Below, piece by piece: positions 35,066 through 45,509 of a stretch of DNA of 64,000 bases. Origin of the DNA: an uncultured Terracidiphilus sp. (GTDB lineage Bacteria > Acidobacteriota > Terriglobia > Terriglobales > Acidobacteriaceae); the NCBI GenBank assembly GCA_964520005.1, contig CAZFMB010000008.1:10661-74660 (forward strand). Reading direction: 5' to 3'. The position numbers and the translations under genes are program-made. Under the pieces are notes generated by a model, which searched no databases, was not told where the DNA came from, and saw nothing but the letters and a program-made list of their open reading frames with translations. The first letter of the stretch is position 1; each line of letters begins with the position of its first letter.

Positions 35066-36553
35066 ATGGCGAGCGAACAAGAAATTGCGTCAGCTGAGCG
35101 CCTGGCGGCGGAAGGCGGGAGCGGCGATGCGGGTTGCCCGGCAGAGATGGGGTTCTTCGGGGAAGGTCCTGCATGCCGTCGCAAATTGCACCCAGCGCCG
35201 ATCGGCATCGACGAACAACCCGTTTGTCTAATGCATTCGAAAGATCCGGCTAAGCTATCAGGCCCACTCCACGACGAGTTTTGGCGAGTCTTTGAGGAGA
35301 TTCTTGCTAAGGCCGGTGAGGGTAAGGCCGACTTCAAGCGTTTCGTTTTTCCAGAAGTACGACTACGAAAGCGCGATTTCGAAGCCATCTGCATCTTCTT
35401 TGATGCGGTCTTCATGCAGAATGTCGACTTCATCGGCGCGACCTTCGATCTGCCTGCGGACTTTCGCGGCGCAACTTTCGAACAGGAGGCAGAATTTAGT
35501 GGCGCGGTTTTCATGCAGTTCGTAAACTTCATAGGCACAACTTTCGAGCAGACCACATGCTTCCGCGGTGTGATCTTCATGCATGAAGTAAACTTCACAA
35601 GCGCAATCTTCTCAGAGAAGGTAGACTTCACCCGTGCGGAATTCTCGGCTACAGCTGACTACGACTTGACTGAATTCCACGGGACTGGGGACTGGACTGA
35701 GGCTCATTTCATTGATCGGGCCGAGTTTCGAGGAACTACCTTACAGCCGAAGGACCCCACAGCGCCAAGCTCGGTCTTCTCACTAGCCAAGTTCGCCAAG
35801 CCTGCCGAGATCGTCTTTGACGATGTCGACCTGAGCCGCTCCCTCTTCCACAATTGCGACGTGAGTCAACTTTGGTTCACCTCATCCGTATGGTGGGGAA
35901 CTCGGAAAGGAAATCGCGGCCTCGCAGTCTTCGAGGAAACGATTGATCTCAAACAAGAGTTCGCGGAAGGATTGCGGAGAGACGGACAGCGTGACTACCG
36001 GGCAATAGCTCAGATCTATCAGCAGTTGAAGAAGAACTACGACTCCCGCCTGGATTACTGGACGGCCAATGAGTTTCATTTTGGCGAGATGGAGATGAAG
36101 CGCCTGGCGGGGCCGGCGAGTGGACGACTTCTCACGCTACGGAGGTGGTGGCATCGGAATCTGAGTTTTGTGGCCTGGTACAAATATGCGAGCGATTACG
36201 GGAACAGCTACGGGAAGCCTTTGGTGTGGCTGTTTGTAATCCTCCTGGCCGCAACGCTCCTGTTTCCCCTCCCCGGAGTTGGATTGAAGCAGGCGATCTC
36301 TGCGAACTCTGCACGCGTGACCTACAGCCGCGTATGGAACCAGCAGGACAGTTGGACGAATAATTTTTGGACAGAGGCAAAACTGATCGGCAAGAGTGGA
36401 ATCACGGCAATCGATATGGCTACGTTTCAAAGAACTCCAGAGTATGCGCCGGCTTATCCATGGGGGCGGGTTTTGGCGATCTTCGAGACATTGCTTACCT
36501 CGTCGTTGTTTGCACTGTTTTTGCTGGCGACTCGGAGACAGTTCAGGCGGTAG
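35066..36553 (+). CDS. pentapeptide-repeat protein with C-terminal transmembrane segment pair
   Basis: Start taken at MASEQE (35066). About 25 consecutive pentapeptide units (AVFMQNVDFIGATFDLPADFRGATFEQEAEFSGAVFMQFVNF...). C-terminus has two hydrophobic helices (LVWLFVILLAATLLFPL; LTSSLFALFLLA). Confidence 0.7.
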   Translation: MASEQEIASAERLAAEGGSGDAGCPAEMGFFGEGPACRRKLHPAPIGIDEQPVCLMHSKDPAKLSGPLHDEFWRVFEEILAKAGEGKADFKRFVFPEVRLRKRDFEAICIFFDAVFMQNVDFIGATFDLPADFRGATFEQEAEFSGAVFMQFVNFIGTTFEQTTCFRGVIFMHEVNFTSAIFSEKVDFTRAEFSATADYDLTEFHGTGDWTEAHFIDRAEFRGTTLQPKDPTAPSSVFSLAKFAKPAEIVFDDVDLSRSLFHNCDVSQLWFTSSVWWGTRKGNRGLAVFEETIDLKQEFAEGLRRDGQRDYRAIAQIYQQLKKNYDSRLDYWTANEFHFGEMEMKRLAGPASGRLLTLRRWWHRNLSFVAWYKYASDYGNSYGKPLVWLFVILLAATLLFPLPGVGLKQAISANSARVTYSRVWNQQDSWTNNFWTEAKLIGKSGITAIDMATFQRTPEYAPAYPWGRVLAIFETLLTSSLFALFLLATRRQFRR

Positions 36554-36645
36554 GATTGGGCGAATATATGGAGAATATGGTGTGAGGTTCCTGGTTCCGA
36601 AAATCCGGAGTTGGAGTACAGGTATACGGCTAGCTTGGGGTGAGT

Positions 36646-36699
36646 GTGGGCTATCCGTCCGCTCATCGCGATAGTGCGCTGCGATAAAGGGGACACGGC
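36646..36699. repeat. about 55-bp REP-like element, copy 1
   Basis: GTGGGCTATCCGTCCGCTCATCGCGATAGTGCGCTGCGATAAAGGGGACACGGC is roughly 80% identical to 49704-49758. Confidence 0.7.
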
Positions 36700-36840
36700 T
36701 TTTTTGTACAGCTTCTCTTGCTCATCGTGACTCTTTGGGGTTGATGAACGGGCGGGTGGCGCAGGTTCTACCACAAATCAAAACCGGACCCTTTCGTCCT
36801 CTATCGCACCTGCCGCTTCCGTGGTTACACTGTTTGCTGC

Positions 36841-37581
36841 ATGTGCGTCCATATCGCCATTCCCGAGCCCACCGGTTCCGATTCGGAATACAACCAGCGA
36901 ACCTTGCCCACCTATCTCGCCGCCCTTCGCTCCGCAGGGGCCACGCCCATCATCGTTCCGCTGCACGAGCATCAGGACCGTGTCGCGCGCCTGCTCGCCG
37001 GGGTCCACGGGGTACTTTTGCCCGGCAGCAAATTCGACGTAGATCCGCAGCGATATGGCGAGGCTGCGCTCCCCAAGTGCGGCCCGGCCGACCCAGCCCG
37101 CGCCGCCGTTGACGAGCTGCTGCTGCAAGACGCCTTCAACCTCCACAAGCCCATGCTGGGCATCTGCGGCGGCATGCAAACCTTGAATGTGTGGCTCAAT
37201 GGCTCACTCACACAGCACCTCACAACCACTGTCAATCACAGCCCAGGCCGCGAAGTGACGGAGGCTCACCCCGTTCGCATCACTCCCGGCTCGCGCATCG
37301 CCAGCCTAAGTTCTGAGGCCGAGCCCGTGGTCAACTCCTCGCACCACCAGGCAATTAAAGTCGTCGGCGACGGCCTGGTGGTGAGCGCCGTTTCTCCGCA
37401 CGACGGCATCATTGAGGCCGTCGAACTTGACTCCAGCGAGCACTTTGTTCTTGGAGTCCAGTGGCATCCCGAGAGGACATACACACAGAGCGCCTTCTCG
37501 CGCGCCATCTTCGCAGCCTTCGTGCAGGCCGCAGTTGTCTGGAAGCCACGCCTAATTGAAGACTCGAAGGAGCCAGCGTGA
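36841..37581 (+). CDS. class I glutamine amidotransferase / gamma-glutamyl-GABA hydrolase-like (peptidase C26)
   Basis: GICGGMQTLNV (nucleophile Cys), SSHHQAI, GVQWHPE. Confidence 0.8.
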   Translation: MCVHIAIPEPTGSDSEYNQRTLPTYLAALRSAGATPIIVPLHEHQDRVARLLAGVHGVLLPGSKFDVDPQRYGEAALPKCGPADPARAAVDELLLQDAFNLHKPMLGICGGMQTLNVWLNGSLTQHLTTTVNHSPGREVTEAHPVRITPGSRIASLSSEAEPVVNSSHHQAIKVVGDGLVVSAVSPHDGIIEAVELDSSEHFVLGVQWHPERTYTQSAFSRAIFAAFVQAAVVWKPRLIEDSKEPA

Positions 37582-38219
37582 GCGAGGAGGCTGTGGTCGA
37601 GCGCCTCAACGCTCTTCTCATTGAGTCGGCTCAGGCCCCGCTCGACCCTGTTTTAACCAAAAGCTTCGAAGATTTATATTCGCTCTTTGTTCGCTGGGGC
37701 GCGCGCGTCAACCTCTCCGCCATTCGCGACCAGGAGGGAATCCTCTCCCGCCATTTTGTCGAGTCCATAGCCTGCGCCCGCGCACTACCTGCTGGCATCT
37801 CGACGTTGCTCGACTTCGGCTCCGGCGCGGGCTTTCCGGGGATTCCGATTACGCTCTGCCGGCCGGAGATTGCCGTGACTCTTGCCGAGTCGCAAGGAAA
37901 AAAAGCTGCATTTCTACAGGAAGCTGCTCGTGTCTTGGGTATCTCCGCAAAAATTTACTCCGGCCGCGCCGAAGAGCTTCAGGCCGTCTTCGATTGCGTA
38001 ACCTTGCGCGCCGTCGACAAAATGGACCGGGCCGTCCAGGCAGCGGCCAAGCTCGTTCGTCCCGGCGGATGGCTGGCGCTGATGACCACCGCCGCAGCGA
38101 TTCCCGCTCTCAAGGCGTTCGCCGGAGCGGAATTCATCTGGACTGCCACGCCTCTGTTTCCCGGCAACGACAACCGCCTGCTCGCTCTCGGAAAACGCTC
38201 GCTCAATTCGCCATCTTGA
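37578..38219 (+). CDS. rsmG: 16S rRNA (guanine527-N7)-methyltransferase
   Basis: LLDFGSGAGFPGIPI and the general GidB layout. GTG start overlaps the upstream stop (GTGA). Confidence 0.9.
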   Translation: MSEEAVVERLNALLIESAQAPLDPVLTKSFEDLYSLFVRWGARVNLSAIRDQEGILSRHFVESIACARALPAGISTLLDFGSGAGFPGIPITLCRPEIAVTLAESQGKKAAFLQEAARVLGISAKIYSGRAEELQAVFDCVTLRAVDKMDRAVQAAAKLVRPGGWLALMTTAAAIPALKAFAGAEFIWTATPLFPGNDNRLLALGKRSLNSPS

Positions 38220-38622
38220 TCAACGCCAGTTTCTTGATCGCGGCCAGGTCCTTCGCCGCCTTCACCATCAAGCGCACGCCCGTTCCCTCCGAATACCGCG
38301 GCGCCTCGTCGAGGATCTTCAGCGTGCTGTTGGAAAGATCGCCTTTACGCGCCGCCGCAATCGCCTTGTCGCCTAAAATAAACGACACCCGAAAACAACC
38401 AGCGCACGGCCCCAGATAGACGATGTTTCTTTTTTTCACTTTGAGCCGCAGCGCCCAGCCGGCCTTGGGCGAATACGAATTCCACTCCTGAATTGCAGCT
38501 CCCTGCTCCGCCATCCAGCTCACCAACTGCTTCCACAGCGCAGCCGTCGAGCCTAGCGCCGCATCAACTTCTGCCTCAGTGGGCCTCGTAGTTTTTCCGA
38601 TAAACGCATTTGCTGTTTCCAT
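38203..38622 (-). CDS. DUF3788-like protein
   Basis: EWNSYSPKAGWALRLKVKKRNIVYLGPCAGCFRVSFILGDKA resembles DUF3788. Assignment from memory only. Confidence 0.45.
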   Translation of the reverse strand: METANAFIGKTTRPTEAEVDAALGSTAALWKQLVSWMAEQGAAIQEWNSYSPKAGWALRLKVKKRNIVYLGPCAGCFRVSFILGDKAIAAARKGDLSNSTLKILDEAPRYSEGTGVRLMVKAAKDLAAIKKLALIKMAN

Positions 38623-38643
38623 CTTTCCCCTCTTCCCGTCCCT

Positions 38644-40215
38644 TCAATCCCAATGCTTCATCCGCGGCCAAATCTGCTGCAGGTTCCACTCGTATCCGCG
38701 GCAGTGATAAATCGGCAGCCATTCATCTGGACGCGACAGCGGGTGCTTGGTATTGCCAATGATCGAGTAGCTCTTGCAATGCTCCTGCATATTCTTTTCA
38801 TGTCCATCGCCCAGCACGATGATGCTCTCGCCTGTATACTCGCGCGGTCCCCAAATCCAATAACTCTGGTGATTGCCGATGGACTTCGGCAGCCCGTATT
38901 TCGGCCCAAAGAAATCAATCGCCCCGGCGTCTCCAAAGTTGTTCGCAAAAATCGCCGTCTTCCGCTGCTCCTCGGGCGAGAGTGTCTGGTAATACGCCCC
39001 CACCTGCTGCGCAACCTCCTCCCACCCAAACATATCCGCATAAATCTGAGGCAGAACTCCTTGCGTGTTATGCTCGAACTTCTGCGGCTCAAGGCCTGTC
39101 ATGTGCTCGTAAGCCAGAAAATTCGGAACGCTGAGTACCGGCAGCACTAACGGACCGGAAATGATGCCGGCATTGATGATCGACACTGCCAGCGCGGGCT
39201 TCACCCACACCCACACTCTACGTTCGGTCGCGCCTTCCACCCACACCGCTCCCGCCGCAAAGATCATCGGATACACCGGCGCCAGGTAATACATCTTGCC
39301 GTGCATGGCCATCATCACCGCCAGAAAAACCACGTACGCCCATCCCAGCGCCCGATACGGCCGGCCCTGTTTCGTGAAGAAGAATCCCAGCGCGGCAACC
39401 ACCAGAATCGCGGTAACAAAGCCTAGCATCTCTGCCTGAGCCTGGAGAAACGGCAGCGGCCCCAGCGCAATGTCCCGGCCATGCGCGCGGATGTTGCGCA
39501 TCAACTCAAGAAAGGGAAACTGATGCTGCCACTGCCACAAAAAGTTGGGCAGGGCAATGGCCGCCGCCACAGCACAGCCCAGCCAAAACCACCGCTGCCG
39601 CAAGCTCTCCCTGAGCGGCGTCAGGCACATGCCAATCACCAGTCCCGACATCCAGAACACCACGCCATATTTATTCAGAATCGTGATGCCCGTCAGCGCG
39701 CCAACAAACAGCCAAAGAGGCTCGCGCCCGCTTTTCGCAATCTGCACAACCAGGCAAGCGATCCCCGTCCACAGCAGCGGGTCATAGGCATTCATCGTGA
39801 ACAGGTGCGAAAAGGACAGCGAGACCGGTGTCAGCAGCGCCGCCAGCGCAGCCAAAAACATCGCCCACCGCCGCCCTCCCAACTGCCACGCCAACACTCC
39901 CGCCAACACAACTGTCCCCGCCCCAGCCAGCGCCGGCAGCAGCCGCAACGCCCACAGCGACGTCCCAATTGTGTGCTGCGATAGCCAGGCAACCCATGCG
40001 ATCAGCGGCGGCTGGTCAACGTATCCCCACGCCGGATGCTCCCCGCACGCCAGGTAATAAAGCTCATCGCGGAAGTATCCGTAGTTCGGTGCGGACAGGC
40101 AGTAGAGCGCCATCCGCGCCAGCGCAACATAAATGACAATCGCCATCCCGGAGGTAAATCGAGATGGCCTGCGATTTTCCTGAACGGCCTCAGCCGCGTT
40201 TGCGTTTGTGCTCAT
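38644..40215 (-). CDS. glycosyltransferase family 39 (ArnT/PMT-like) membrane protein
   Basis: YFRDELYYLACGEHPAWGYVDQPPLIAW N-terminal motif, more than 10 TM helices, and a soluble C-terminal domain. Confidence 0.75.
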   Translation of the reverse strand: MSTNANAAEAVQENRRPSRFTSGMAIVIYVALARMALYCLSAPNYGYFRDELYYLACGEHPAWGYVDQPPLIAWVAWLSQHTIGTSLWALRLLPALAGAGTVVLAGVLAWQLGGRRWAMFLAALAALLTPVSLSFSHLFTMNAYDPLLWTGIACLVVQIAKSGREPLWLFVGALTGITILNKYGVVFWMSGLVIGMCLTPLRESLRQRWFWLGCAVAAAIALPNFLWQWQHQFPFLELMRNIRAHGRDIALGPLPFLQAQAEMLGFVTAILVVAALGFFFTKQGRPYRALGWAYVVFLAVMMAMHGKMYYLAPVYPMIFAAGAVWVEGATERRVWVWVKPALAVSIINAGIISGPLVLPVLSVPNFLAYEHMTGLEPQKFEHNTQGVLPQIYADMFGWEEVAQQVGAYYQTLSPEEQRKTAIFANNFGDAGAIDFFGPKYGLPKSIGNHQSYWIWGPREYTGESIIVLGDGHEKNMQEHCKSYSIIGNTKHPLSRPDEWLPIYHCRGYEWNLQQIWPRMKHWD

Positions 40216-40402
40216 AGGAGTCTTTACGAATGATAGAGGAAATCGTTCCCGTGGGCACGAGACTCATGACCGGATTGCGATGCTGAGAACGTTTCTCACG
40301 GGGAGAAAATGACAATAGCCCAAGCTGGAGTATTCATGCCCAGAGCCTCACGGGGCTGCCGCTGGTTGTACTCGCGATAGAGGGCGTGGCGCGGAAACGA
40401 AA

Positions 40403-41470
40403 TTATCGCCGTGCCTCTGCCACAAAATACGCGCGTTTGGGCTTATTGGGAGTCAGGGTGCTGCTTTCGCGCCGCACGCTGTGGCTGATTCCGCAGAACT
40501 GATTGCACTTCATCATCTTTTTGCGCGTGCTGCCCGCGGAGTCCCAGAAGCGTCGCAGATCGCCGTACTTGACGAGCTGACGGCCACGAAAATCGGGGGA
40601 AAAGCATAATCTCGCCATTCCCCAAAGATCCACCATGATGTTGCGATGATAGGTGTTGCAGATATGCTCTTCGGTGCGGGACTTTGTGCGCCAGCCACGA
40701 TTTGCATCAACGAGACCGTGGAGCGATCTGAAGTACATCCCCACCTGCGCCATCCACACCGGATTTAGATTCAGCGCGAATTTCTCATTGCAATGAGCGA
40801 GAGTTTCGACCAGAAGGCCGGCATCGACCTTTCCATGTTCCGCGAAGAACTGATCGACCGGCTCACCCCAGCCGAAGGAGGGCTGGAGGAAGTTGAGCTT
40901 GAGCTTGTCCGCTTTGATGTCATTGAGCACAAAATCATAGAAGGCCTCCAGCTCGCGATAGTTTTCATCGAAGATCAGGGCCATGACGTAAATTTTTGTA
41001 TTTTGGGCAGGGTTGCGCTCGCGCGCTTGAACAAGGAGTCGCAGCGCATTGACTGCCTTGGTGAAAGAACCCTCGACGCCGCGCGTGCGGTCATGCAGAT
41101 CCTGCCGATGACTGTTCAACGAAACTGAAATTTCAGTGGGCCCGGAGAGAATCAGCCGCTGGGCGTCGCTTTCATTTTGGATTCGCGTACCGTTGGTAAC
41201 CGACATACAGCGCAACCCAAGCCGCCTGCACTCGCCGGAGATTGCAAAATAGTCTTCCAGATCGAGCATGCTCTCGCCGCCGCATATTACGACTCCACCA
41301 TCGCCGCTCAGTTCGGCAAACTCGCGGAGGATTTCGGATTTGCGCTCCCGCGTCAGGTAGTTGGCGCGCTCGGAGTCATTGCGCTTCCAGAAGGCGCAGT
41401 GCTGGCAGCGAAGATTGCAGCGTTGATTGACGTGAAGGAAGAGAAAACTTGGCGGTTCGAGGATTGACAT
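40403..41470 (-). CDS. radical SAM (SPASM/twitch-like) protein
   Basis: CNLRCQHCAFW (CxxxCxxC) near the N-terminus. Cys-rich C-terminus (CNTYH..., KCNQFCG). Confidence 0.8.
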   Translation of the reverse strand: MSILEPPSFLFLHVNQRCNLRCQHCAFWKRNDSERANYLTRERKSEILREFAELSGDGGVVICGGESMLDLEDYFAISGECRRLGLRCMSVTNGTRIQNESDAQRLILSGPTEISVSLNSHRQDLHDRTRGVEGSFTKAVNALRLLVQARERNPAQNTKIYVMALIFDENYRELEAFYDFVLNDIKADKLKLNFLQPSFGWGEPVDQFFAEHGKVDAGLLVETLAHCNEKFALNLNPVWMAQVGMYFRSLHGLVDANRGWRTKSRTEEHICNTYHRNIMVDLWGMARLCFSPDFRGRQLVKYGDLRRFWDSAGSTRKKMMKCNQFCGISHSVRRESSTLTPNKPKRAYFVAEARR

Positions 41471-41563
41471 TTAATCTCCCTGCGCAAATGGAAGGGGCTA
41501 TTCGGATTTGATCGAATAAAGTGTGTGCTATGACTCATTTTACCAGAATCCAACTTGAGATAG

Positions 41564-42367
41564 TCAGGAGCACGAGACGCGCAGGCTTTCGATGGATGCG
41601 CGGAGACGGGCGGTGAGTTCATCGACCTGCTGCATGGTCATGCCCGCGGTTTCAATGGGCTGGCCGATGCTGACCGTCAGTTCGCCGGGATAAAAGTGAT
41701 GGGTGTGGACGGGCAGCAGATCGTAGACTCCGCTAAGCGCCATGGGGACAAGCGGAACTTGAGCGCGGATGGCGAGGTAGGCCGCGCCGGGAAGAAATGG
41801 ACGCAGCGCGCCGTCGGAGGTGCGGCCTCCCTCGGGAAAGAGGAAGAGCGGCATGCCGGCGCGGAGGACTTTGGCGGCGGCCGCCATGCTGGAGATGGAG
41901 GCGCGGGGGTTGCGAGTATCGATGGGCAACTGGCCGGAGCGATTCAGGTACCAGCCGATGAAGGGTACGCGCCATAAGACCTTCCACGCAATGATACGGA
42001 ACTGGAAGGGCAGCGCGGCGAAGATTACGGGGACATCCATGTAGGAAGTGTGGTTGGAGGCGTAGACGGCGGCGGCGCGCCCGAGAAGATTCTCTGCGCC
42101 AACGACCTTCAGCTTTGAACCAGAGTTCCAAACGCAGGCGCGCGCCCAGAAGCGGGCGATGCGGTGCTGTGCGTTGCCTTTTTTGTCCACAAACGAAACG
42201 AGGAAAGAAATGCTGCCGCAGATGGCGGTGATCATCGCCAGGAGCGGCGTTTGAACGAGGTTGGTGCGCCAGCGATAGAACCGGGGCATGGGATCGGGGC
42301 GCTGCTGGGGGCGTTGCCTGTGGTGCTTTTTGAAGCGCTGACGCAGTTTTTTGAGGCGCTGTTTCAC
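41564..42367 (-). CDS. plsC: 1-acyl-sn-glycerol-3-phosphate acyltransferase
   Basis: NHTSYMDV (HX4D) and FPEGGRT motifs. The start overlaps the folC stop by 4 nt. Confidence 0.8.
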   Translation of the reverse strand: MKQRLKKLRQRFKKHHRQRPQQRPDPMPRFYRWRTNLVQTPLLAMITAICGSISFLVSFVDKKGNAQHRIARFWARACVWNSGSKLKVVGAENLLGRAAAVYASNHTSYMDVPVIFAALPFQFRIIAWKVLWRVPFIGWYLNRSGQLPIDTRNPRASISSMAAAAKVLRAGMPLFLFPEGGRTSDGALRPFLPGAAYLAIRAQVPLVPMALSGVYDLLPVHTHHFYPGELTVSIGQPIETAGMTMQQVDELTARLRASIESLRVSCS

Positions 42368-43710
42368 GATGCGCGCCCTCCTGATTCGGCCGGTTCGGCA
42401 AGCAGCAGGGAACGCGCTTCACCCACTAGATAGACCGAGCCGCAGATGACGATTGGGCTGTCGCCGGCCTGCTTGCTCGCCAGCTGTAACGCATCGGCGA
42501 CCGACTCCGCAACGAGGAAGGGCGTTTGAGTCAGTTGCGCTGCGGCTGTCAGATCTTGGATAGACGCGGCGCGGGCGGCGTGGAGCGGAGTTAAAATCAC
42601 GCGCTCGAACATGGGAAATAGTATCTGCGCTATTTCCGCGATGGGCTTGTCGCGCAGGCAACTGAAGATAAGAGTGTGCGCTTCCCGGCCTCCAGGCACG
42701 TCGGAGAATCCGCCGCGCACTGCCCACGCGCCTGCGGGATTGTGGGCGACGTCGAGAATCCAAACGCGACCATCGCTCTCGATGCGCTCCAGCCGGCCGG
42801 GCCACACGGTGTTGCGAATGCCCTGGCCTATTTGATACGGCGTGATGAGAAAGCCGTGCTCGCAGGCAAGCTCGACGGCAGCGGCGATGGCCACGGCAAT
42901 GTTGCGCCGCTGATGTCCGCCGGCCAGGGGCGAGTTGATTTGAATTTTCGCGCCGCGCACTTCAACTATGTACTCGTAGCCGGCGCTGCCTTCTACCAGG
43001 GAGGGCAGATATTCGATCACGTCGACCCAGCGCACACCGAGCTCTTTTGCGATTTCGCTGAGCACATCGTCGGCCTCGTTGAGTTGCGGGAGGCGAATCA
43101 TGGTTCCGCCGGGGCGCAGGATTCCGGCCTTCTCGCGCGCAATGGCGGCGATGGTTGAGCCTAGCCATTCGGTGTGGTCGAGGGAGATGTCGGTGATGAT
43201 GGAGAGGAGCGGATCGACGATGTTGGTGGCGTCGAGCCGGCCACCCATGCCTACTTCAAGGACCGCCAAGGCAACCTTCTGCTCGGCAAAATAGAGGACG
43301 GAGATGGCGGTGAGGATCTCAAAAAAGCTGGGTTGCTGCTGTAGGCGGCTTTCGTGGACCAACATTTGCGCGACATCACGAACGCGGAAGTAGAGGCGGG
43401 CAAAGTCGTCGTCGGCAATTTCCGCGTTGCCGATGCGGATGCGCTCGTTAACGCGCTCGAGATGCGGCGAGGTGTAGAGGCCAGCACGCGCTCCGGAAAC
43501 GGTGAGAATGGAGGCCAGAGTGGCTGCCGTGGAGCCTTTGCCGTTGGTTCCGGCGATGAGCACGGAGGGAAATCTGAGTTGGGGATCGCCTAGGGCGGCG
43601 AGGAGGGTGCGGACTTCGTCGAGAGAGAATTTTCGGCGCGGCTGACCGGGACGCGCGTACAGTTCCGGCACCATGGTGTTGAGCTGATCGATGGCGGCGG
43701 AATAGGACAT
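42364..43710 (-). CDS. folC: bifunctional folylpolyglutamate synthase / dihydrofolate synthase
   Basis: IAGTNGKGST P-loop, HLERVNERI, DVAHNPAG. Start taken at MSYSAAIDQL (43710); the listed start 43839 is an extension. Confidence 0.85.
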   Translation of the reverse strand: MSYSAAIDQLNTMVPELYARPGQPRRKFSLDEVRTLLAALGDPQLRFPSVLIAGTNGKGSTAATLASILTVSGARAGLYTSPHLERVNERIRIGNAEIADDDFARLYFRVRDVAQMLVHESRLQQQPSFFEILTAISVLYFAEQKVALAVLEVGMGGRLDATNIVDPLLSIITDISLDHTEWLGSTIAAIAREKAGILRPGGTMIRLPQLNEADDVLSEIAKELGVRWVDVIEYLPSLVEGSAGYEYIVEVRGAKIQINSPLAGGHQRRNIAVAIAAAVELACEHGFLITPYQIGQGIRNTVWPGRLERIESDGRVWILDVAHNPAGAWAVRGGFSDVPGGREAHTLIFSCLRDKPIAEIAQILFPMFERVILTPLHAARAASIQDLTAAAQLTQTPFLVAESVADALQLASKQAGDSPIVICGSVYLVGEARSLLLAEPAESGGRAS

Positions 43711-43978
43711 GGAAATATAAGTATAGAAGGCGGGTACCTGCCAAAATATCCGCGTAAAAAATAATTGATACAAGTACCGGCTAGCGGTCACTATAATCCA
43801 TGCAAGTCGAAGCCGGGATTCCGACGCGACTTTACGCACGCTTTACAGCAAGGAATCAACACGGGTCAACTTTTCTAAAAGATGAGCCACAATCGAGTTC
43901 CCCATGTGGCTAACGACCTGACTTCCCCAACCTGCCCGACATTCCCAGCCGGGCAACACAACGACCATGGAGGTTACT

Positions 43979-45070
43979 ATGAATCACCGAGCCTTACTGG
44001 CTATACTCATCGGCGCGACGGCACTCACCGTCTTTCCCGATCAGCCTCGCGCCGCAGCCCAGGAAACCCTCACCTACTTTTATTACCAACCCGGATCGGG
44101 CGGCACGCGCATACCGCGCACTGGCACAGGCGGACATTTTGTGACGCTGGCCGGACCCACCGTGGTGGGCGGAACGCTGACACCCGGCGCAACCATCCCG
44201 GTGCAAACGTCGTTTCCTTCCACGTGGATCACGACGACAAATCCGCCCTCGCAATACGCGCTAGCCTTTATCAGCATCAACGGCGGCGCGGAAGGGGGCA
44301 TCAGCGTATTCCCGACGAGTAACGGAACCCTACCGCTGACCGTGAATGTCATTCTGCCGAACACGCCTAAGCCACAGATTATTGTGGATGTTTATTACTT
44401 TCCGGTGGGCGGCTCGTGTGGCAACCCCGCAGGTTGCGGCAGCGGCGCAGTTATTGACGAATGGGGAGAGATACAAGGGACGCTGCTCAACGACTACTTC
44501 GTGAGTGTGTTCATACCTCCGACCGCTACACAGAACGCCGGACTCACTAACACGGGCAATGTGGATGGCTCGGTGGCCACGACGAACAACGCGGTCCGGA
44601 TCGACGCCGACTCGACCACAACAACAGGAGGGAATTTCGACAGGTGGGTCACGAGTCCTGGAGGAACAATCGGCTCCCCTGACACCAATTTGAGCGTTGG
44701 CAAGGGGGTGGATGATTACGCGCTGGCGTTCTACCACTCCACGTGTCCCGCAGGCTACAGCTGGACCACGAGCGCGACGATCAGCCAGTGCACACCAACG
44801 CCGACGCACACCTGCCTCAGCGGAGAGGTTTGGGATCCATATACCAATAAGTGCGTACCTATCACTGGAGGTTGCCCGTCAACTTGCCACTTTGGGTGCT
44901 ATCTGCCGTTTATCGGACCTGATGGGCAGCTTGTGTGGAACTGCAAGCCTGCGCCGGGAACCTGCACGCGCGCCGGCGCCACCAACGGCTGCGGAGCGAA
45001 TCAATACTGCTCAACGCCGGGCCCTGGCGGAACAGACTGCACCTGCCTCAAGTGTTCGCCCGTGATGTGA
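43979..45070 (+). CDS. secreted Cys-rich protein, paralog A
   Basis: GGAGG RBS then MNHRALLAILIGATALTVFPDQPRAAAQE (signal peptide). The C-terminal about 110 aa contain 18 Cys by my count. Paralogous to 45510..46556. Confidence 0.6.
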   Translation: MNHRALLAILIGATALTVFPDQPRAAAQETLTYFYYQPGSGGTRIPRTGTGGHFVTLAGPTVVGGTLTPGATIPVQTSFPSTWITTTNPPSQYALAFISINGGAEGGISVFPTSNGTLPLTVNVILPNTPKPQIIVDVYYFPVGGSCGNPAGCGSGAVIDEWGEIQGTLLNDYFVSVFIPPTATQNAGLTNTGNVDGSVATTNNAVRIDADSTTTTGGNFDRWVTSPGGTIGSPDTNLSVGKGVDDYALAFYHSTCPAGYSWTTSATISQCTPTPTHTCLSGEVWDPYTNKCVPITGGCPSTCHFGCYLPFIGPDGQLVWNCKPAPGTCTRAGATNGCGANQYCSTPGPGGTDCTCLKCSPVM

Positions 45071-45509
45071 CGGGCTTAACGAAATTGGCAGTCGATCATG
45101 CGGTTACTCCGTCTTTCGTTCGCACGTAAGGATGAGAGATTGGGTTGCCGCATGGGTTCTGCCGATTGAGCGTAATAATAAAACGGGCTCCCTGACTTTC
45201 ACGAATTCGTGAAGGATGGGGAGCCTGTTTATTGCCAGATAAAAAACGGACACGTACTGCCGCGGATAGCCTAATATGCACGCCTAGAATTTTTGATATG
45301 AAATTTGGCGGGGAATCACTACTAACCTAGCAAACCGAAATCGGGATTCTGGCGCAACTATCTGCTCGTACTCCGGCAGGGAATCAACGCGGGCATTTAA
45401 TCCGAGTCCGCAAGCCTGAATTGCACTCCCGAAGCGATGCTTGCGTCCCGGCTCCCCCCAACCCACCCGGCATGTCCAGCCGCGTGGAAGCACGACCAAG
45501 GAGGACACG

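Noticed and set aside
34587-35080. ORFs 34587..35042 (+) and 34826..35080 (-)
   Set aside because: Composed almost entirely of REP-type hairpins. No RBS or motifs. They overlap the 5' extension of the pentapeptide gene, whose credible start is 35066.
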